Of a stretch of 64,000 bases of DNA, positions 59,329 through 64,000 are shown piece after piece. Positions within the stretch are counted from its first letter, which is position 1. Each line of letters begins with the position of its first letter. The translations under genes were made by a program, and so were the position numbers. Source of the DNA: Spirochaetaceae bacterium (GTDB lineage Bacteria; Spirochaetota; Spirochaetia; DSM-2461); NCBI GenBank assembly GCA_051531975.1, contig JAOPTT010000004.1:192001-256000 (forward strand), given 5' to 3'. The notes beneath the pieces are model-generated. The model was given only the letters and a program-made list of their open reading frames with translations, was not told the DNA's origin and searched no databases.

Positions 59329-60108
59329 TTACTCTGTTATTTTATGATATCCCAATAACTGGGATATTTGTTCTGCGCACTTTTTTAAAAGTGGCATATA
59401 CTTTTCTGTTTTCTGTTTGTAGTCCCCAAAGAATGGAATACTAACTGCTGCAATAACAACTCCCCTAGAGTCATAAATTGGTGCCGCTATAGCATATATT
59501 CCTTCAGATTCTTCCTGATAATCAAAAGCTACAGCATCATCTTCTATAACCCTCAAAATCTTTTTTAATTCTGTTATATTTGTAACCGTATAATCCGTAT
59601 ATTTCTTAATTTTTATATTTGACAACGTCTCTAGCTGGTAACTTTGCCCCTCTGGTGTCATAGCTAATAATAGTTTTGCTGCAGCTCCAATATATGGAGG
59701 GAAAACTGTAGCTGAGTCTAAAGTTATTCTCATAGCCTTTTTACTCTCTGCGCTATTTAGTAGATATACAACATCTCCACGCATAATACTTATTTTTACC
59801 ATCTCATCTAATGAATCTGATAGCTTTTCTATTAATGGTGTAGCAACAGTATTAAGGTCTAATCTTTTATTAACAATATTTCCTAAAGTTAAAAGTTTTG
59901 CACCTAATGAATAAAATCCAGTTTTTTCATCCTGCTCTATATAACCCATACTTACTAAGGTATTTAATAGTCTAAATACTGTAGCTTTTGATAGGTCTAA
60001 CTTTGTACATATAGCAGTTTGACTCAAACTGTTATGTTCTGAAGCTAAGAGATTAAATATTAAATTCATTTTGTTAATAGCAGGTACATCACTGTTTTTT
60101 TCAACCAT
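59329..60108 (-). CDS. IclR family regulator (KdgR-like)
   Basis: LSKATVFRLLNTL HTH, YSLG, AAAKLLLA, IAAPI. Confidence 0.9.
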   Translation of the reverse strand: MVEKNSDVPAINKMNLIFNLLASEHNSLSQTAICTKLDLSKATVFRLLNTLVSMGYIEQDEKTGFYSLGAKLLTLGNIVNKRLDLNTVATPLIEKLSDSLDEMVKISIMRGDVVYLLNSAESKKAMRITLDSATVFPPYIGAAAKLLLAMTPEGQSYQLETLSNIKIKKYTDYTVTNITELKKILRVIEDDAVAFDYQEESEGIYAIAAPIYDSRGVVIAAVSIPFFGDYKQKTEKYMPLLKKCAEQISQLLGYHKITE

Positions 60109-60146
60109 GATCTATTAATAACCTGAGTTTTTTAATCTGTCAATGA

Positions 60147-60182
60147 GTTTCATATAAAAAACTGTATTTCATATAAGAAATA
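60147..60182. promoter_or_regulatory. Tandem IclR-type operators
   Basis: GTTTCATATAAAAAAC and TATTTCATATAAGAAATA, 19 bp apart, in the divergent iclR/lyase gap next to the iclR -35 TTGACA. Confidence 0.65.
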
Positions 60183-60284
60183 TGTTATGATAGTTAATAA
60201 GATGTAAATTTCTGATGATTATGTAAAATACTGATTATATACAAGATTCATTTGCAGAGCATATTATAGTTACAGGAGTTTTTA

Positions 60285-62159
60285 GTGGAACTATTTTCAA
60301 ATTTAAGCTTATTAAAAAAATACTCAAATGACTCAACAAAATTCAAAGGACAATTTATTACCTTACAAAAAGAAGTTTTAGATTTTTATGATAATTTTGA
60401 CGATGATCCAATAATTTTAAGTGGTTGGGGACATAATTATTTTTGTGAGCAGGATGGGGGTAAATTAATTTTTAATTTAAAAACTCCAAAATCTCATATA
60501 TGTGAAGTTTGTGGTAACGAGTATAGTTCAAAAAAATATAACAGTACCTGGGTTTATATGTATAGATATAGAGCATTTGAAATAGCATATAAGGCAGCTA
60601 TTATATATAAGATAAAAAACGATTCTAAGATGTTAGAAATAATTGTAGGGTTATTAATATTTTATGCTACCAATTATTCAAACTTTAAAGTTCATGCCAA
60701 AGATAAAATAAATGTTATAGAAAATGGTGTTACTGGGTTTGGTAAAATTATGCCCCAGGGTCTAAATGAGGCCATTATGTTAACTTCTATAATAAATACT
60801 TTGTTGATAGTTTCTTCTGATATTTCTTCTGATGATAAAAAAATTATAGATTCATTTGTTAATAATATCACTCTCTTTTTATTTGATCAGAGGAAAGCGT
60901 ACCACAATATAATATGTTGGATTGATTGTGCTATAACATGCTCAGGAATATATTTAGATAATATAGAATACATAGACTCAGGTCTGAATTCTAAATATGG
61001 TCTAATTAATCAGTTAAACCATGGCTTAACAAAGGATTATTTCTGGTATGAGGGTTCTCTTCATTATCATTTTTTTACAGTTGAGGCACTGCTAAACCTA
61101 TTATTGGTATCAGAAATTAGCAATTATAAGATTGAGTCTATAAAAGAATTTACAAAACAGATGTTAATTTCTGCTTCAGAGGTAGCGTTTGATAACTTAG
61201 TTCTGCCAAATCCAAATGATGGTTGGCCAAATATTAGTTTAAAAACTTATTCCCATCTCTTTGAGATTGCAAATAAAGTTTTTGATGATATACAGATCTG
61301 GACAATAGTTAATAAGATTAGAACTTCAAATTTACAAAGACAAAAATTGCCACTATGTGAACCTATATTTCTTGATGGCCTTGGGCTTAATAGACTGCTT
61401 TTTTCTAAAGACTTTAACACTAAAGAGATGAATCATTTTACTGGGAAATCTAAAAATTTTAAAAGTAGTGGGTTTGCTGTTATCAAAAATGAATATTTTA
61501 ACATGTTTTTTAAACATGGGCATAAGTCTCAGAGCCATGCCCACCCAGATCTTGGTAATTTTGAGTTAACAATAAAAGACAAAATAATAACCAGGGATCT
61601 ATCTAATCCTGGTTACGGAGCAGTCTTATATGATGAATGGTATAAAAAAACATTAGCCCATAATACTGTAATTATTGGGGGGAAGGATCAGGAATATTCT
61701 GAATCCAGCAATGTTTTGAAATATACTGACAGTGGAATTCACGCTAAGTTCCTTGGTTGTTATAAAGATGTAGAACTTAATAGAAGAATAATATTAGACG
61801 GTAATACTGTTTATGACCACTTTATAGTTAATAAAAATAGTGATGATATCTCAGATTACATTGTTCATTTAGAAGCAGAACAAATATCAAACCTTAATAC
61901 AACCGATGGAGATATTTTATTTAACTCAAATGGATATGAGCATTTAAAAGATGTAAAAAGAGTAATAAGTAAAAAGTCTCAAATCGATATTAAATGGTCT
62001 AAAGATTATATTAAATTTACAACCCGGTTTTTTATAAAAGATAAAGAGATGTTCATTTGTAAGAGTTACGATAATCCATCTAACAAATTTAGAAATACCA
62101 TTATTTTAAGAAGTAATGGAAAAAATATACAATATGAAATGCTAATTATAGCAGAATAA
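60285..62159 (+). CDS. Heparinase II/III-domain lyase (PL17-like oligo-alginate lyase)
   Basis: HNIICW, WYEGSLHYH, ND, SHAHPD, TLAHNTV; N-terminal C..DG...CEVC zinc-ribbon-like motif; GTG start with AGGAG. Confidence 0.75.
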   Translation: MELFSNLSLLKKYSNDSTKFKGQFITLQKEVLDFYDNFDDDPIILSGWGHNYFCEQDGGKLIFNLKTPKSHICEVCGNEYSSKKYNSTWVYMYRYRAFEIAYKAAIIYKIKNDSKMLEIIVGLLIFYATNYSNFKVHAKDKINVIENGVTGFGKIMPQGLNEAIMLTSIINTLLIVSSDISSDDKKIIDSFVNNITLFLFDQRKAYHNIICWIDCAITCSGIYLDNIEYIDSGLNSKYGLINQLNHGLTKDYFWYEGSLHYHFFTVEALLNLLLVSEISNYKIESIKEFTKQMLISASEVAFDNLVLPNPNDGWPNISLKTYSHLFEIANKVFDDIQIWTIVNKIRTSNLQRQKLPLCEPIFLDGLGLNRLLFSKDFNTKEMNHFTGKSKNFKSSGFAVIKNEYFNMFFKHGHKSQSHAHPDLGNFELTIKDKIITRDLSNPGYGAVLYDEWYKKTLAHNTVIIGGKDQEYSESSNVLKYTDSGIHAKFLGCYKDVELNRRIILDGNTVYDHFIVNKNSDDISDYIVHLEAEQISNLNTTDGDILFNSNGYEHLKDVKRVISKKSQIDIKWSKDYIKFTTRFFIKDKEMFICKSYDNPSNKFRNTIILRSNGKNIQYEMLIIAE

Positions 62160-62169
62160 GGGAGAAAAT

Positions 62170-62490
62170 ATGTTTGTATTTAATGAGAAAGTAGAGTTAC
62201 AGGACTTAGGTGGAGGAATTAAGAGAAAGGTCTTAGCATACTGCGATAAGATTATGGGCGTTGAAGTTTATTTCGAAAAAGGTGCAATTGGTGCAAAACA
62301 TTCACACCCTCATGTACAGTTAACCTATGTTTTAGAAGGCGAGTTTGAGTTTACAATTGGTGATGAAACAAGAATTGTAAAAAAAGGCGATACGTTACAA
62401 AAAGATCCTAATATTATTCATGGATGTGTCTGTTTAGAAGAGGGTGTTTTATTTGATGTTTTTACACCACATAGAGAAGATTTTATATAA
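62170..62490 (+). CDS. kdgF: KdgF-like cupin
   Basis: HSHPHVQ, HG, DVFTPHREDF; located in the uronate locus. Confidence 0.82.
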   Translation: MFVFNEKVELQDLGGGIKRKVLAYCDKIMGVEVYFEKGAIGAKHSHPHVQLTYVLEGEFEFTIGDETRIVKKGDTLQKDPNIIHGCVCLEEGVLFDVFTPHREDFI

Positions 62491-62511
62491 TTAATACAAA
62501 GAGGTAATAAT

Positions 62512-64000
62512 ATGAAAAAAATGAGTGACTATATCAAAGATGATATTGTAGGACAACTAAAGTATTATTTTGATCTAGTAACTAAAGATAAATTAAATTT
62601 AGAGGTTGATGGTATAAAAGCTTTCAATCCTAAAAGTCAGTTTGTTGAAGGTAAAGTAATAAATGCATTTAGTTATATCTATGAAACCTTGGATTCTACA
62701 GATGAAATTCCAGGTATAGAGCAGAACTTGATGGATATTATAGACCTAATGTCTTTAAGAGAATATGAGACATGGGGAATGTTAAACTGTATTACCTCTA
62801 TAAATAGACTTCATTCTAAGAAGATGTTAAATAAGGTTATAAGCCCTGAGGCATTAGAGCGATTTAAAGAAAAACTTGATTGGCGAACATTTGTTAATAT
62901 TGGTGATTTAACTCTAATTAACTTACCAACAAACTACTATGGTGTAGCTTTTGGTGTTGCTAAATATAGAGAATTATTAGGTTTTGAGCCGGTTGGTTAC
63001 AGTGATAAATTATTAGAGAAGTTATTAAAACATGTAGATAGTTATTCTGGTGAGTTTAGTTACATGGACGAAACTTTGGGGCAGGGTCGTTTTGATAGAT
63101 ACAGTACTCTAATTCCTGCAGAAATTTGTTCAATGTTACATAATACAGGCCAAGAAATACCAGATAAGTTAACTTCTATGTTAAGAAAATCATGTGAGTT
63201 ATATCTTAATTTAGCAAACATTCATGGACATGGTTTCTCTTATGGTAGAAGTATTGGTGCTTATGGTGATACAGCTTCCTTAGAGGTTTTATCTATAGGT
63301 GCCAAGCTTGGAATTTTAAAAAGTGAAGAAATAGATCTTGCGTACTCCTATAGCACAGCTATTATTGATAAATTTGTAAACTTCTGGATCGATCCAAAAA
63401 CTAAATCGTTAAATATGTGGGATAACGGTAGAGCAACTGATACATATAGAAATAAAAATAGAATCTTAGGTGAAAATTTAAGTTTATCAATGCAGATAAT
63501 CAGTAGCTATGAATACTGGAATGAATCTGGTTATGAAAATATTGAACCTCTTGAAGATTTAGAAGAGAAACTAAAAGAGTTACCAAGGATTTCTAGATAT
63601 AAGTTTGCAGAAGGTGATTATTCAAGAAGTTTGTACATTGTTAGAGATGAAAATCATGTTTTTAGTTTACCAATAATTAATGGTGCTAAAAAATATTATA
63701 AAGAGACTCCATACCTACCAATTCCAAATGAATTTAACGTTTTTACATCTGCAGCTAATAGTTCACATCCTAATTTAATACCAAAACTTATCTTCGAAGA
63801 TGGTACTGAAGTTATGCCCTTAGTTTATATCAATGATATTAAGGATAACTTGGATGCCAAAAACAGTGATGAGTTTGTTGTTGAAATTAATGTAGATAAA
63901 CTTACTACATTAAAAGAAGAATCCCCTGTTCCATTTGATGGTTTTTCAGCCACAATTAAATATACTTTTAAGAAAAACAATATTAAATCTGAGGTCGTAT
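62512..64000 (+). CDS. Hypothetical protein of the uronate/alginate operon (partial, runs off the right edge)
   Basis: Not in the ORF track. ATG 62512 after GAGG; hand translation MKKMSDYIKDD...LPTNYYGVAF...GRFDRYS...SYGRSIGAYGD. Confidence 0.7.
   Translation, partial: MKKMSDYIKDDIVGQLKYYFDLVTKDKLNLEVDGIKAFNPKSQFVEGKVINAFSYIYETLDSTDEIPGIEQNLMDIIDLMSLREYETWGMLNCITSINRLHSKKMLNKVISPEALERFKEKLDWRTFVNIGDLTLINLPTNYYGVAFGVAKYRELLGFEPVGYSDKLLEKLLKHVDSYSGEFSYMDETLGQGRFDRYSTLIPAEICSMLHNTGQEIPDKLTSMLRKSCELYLNLANIHGHGFSYGRSIGAYGDTASLEVLSIGAKLGILKSEEIDLAYSYSTAIIDKFVNFWIDPKTKSLNMWDNGRATDTYRNKNRILGENLSLSMQIISSYEYWNESGYENIEPLEDLEEKLKELPRISRYKFAEGDYSRSLYIVRDENHVFSLPIINGAKKYYKETPYLPIPNEFNVFTSAANSSHPNLIPKLIFEDGTEVMPLVYINDIKDNLDAKNSDEFVVEINVDKLTTLKEESPVPFDGFSATIKYTFKKNNIKSEVV

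Noticed and set aside
1805..61544. Numerous 60-146 aa ORFs in the track that overlap long genes (e.g. 1805-1990, 8261-8635, 28828-29148, 57954-58394)
   Set aside because: They are antisense or out-of-frame shadows of well-supported CDSs, with no motifs or RBS.
1..64000. CRISPR array, tRNA/rRNA, prophage or defence system
   Set aside because: I saw no regularly spaced repeats, cloverleaf or rRNA-like segments, integrases or recognisable defence domains; intergenic gaps are short.

Overview
AT-rich chromosomal segment from an anaerobic, sugar-fermenting bacterium. It is probably a free-living spirochaete; this is an inference from the 'LFAGGQxE'-type binding-protein signal peptide, the lipoproteins and the large LepB. 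I saw no rRNA, tRNA, CRISPR array or intact mobile element, only a short IS3-like remnant. Gene content, left to right: a partial MFS-HEAT fusion; anaerobic sulfatase maturase and a B12-type radical SAM enzyme; an acyl-ligase/ACP/PlsC fusion; the AmmeMemoRadiSam trio; an alpha-glucoside region (GH13, LacI, HK/RR, GH31); a hydG-hydE-lyase-hydF [FeFe]-hydrogenase maturation operon; a lipoprotein plus membrane adenylate cyclase; a 13.5-kb sulfated-glycan utilisation locus (GH95, GH88, FAD oxidoreductase, YesMN-like two-component system, ABC importer, Ser-type sulfatase); a small ORF plus glmS; a metallopeptidase/propeller exported protein; lepB; cellobiose phosphorylase; and an alginate/uronate locus (two heparinase II/III-type lyases, kdgK, eda, IclR, kdgF). 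The strongest signals read directly from the DNA are: (1) five promoters of the glycan locus share an ACCCAC-N15-ACCCAC-N18-TGnTAnnAT architecture, a predicted regulon of the AraC-type response regulator; (2) about 11 genes have a sigma70-type promoter ending 5-7 nt before the start codon with no Shine-Dalgarno, implying leaderless mRNAs; (3) a near-identical LacI operator sits at lacI and at the glmS operon promoter; (4) an uncharacterised small gene with a structured leader precedes an atypical glmS; (5) a divergent aspartase-family lyase is translationally coupled inside the hydrogenase maturase operon. All functional calls come from motif recognition by eye; no database searches were run.
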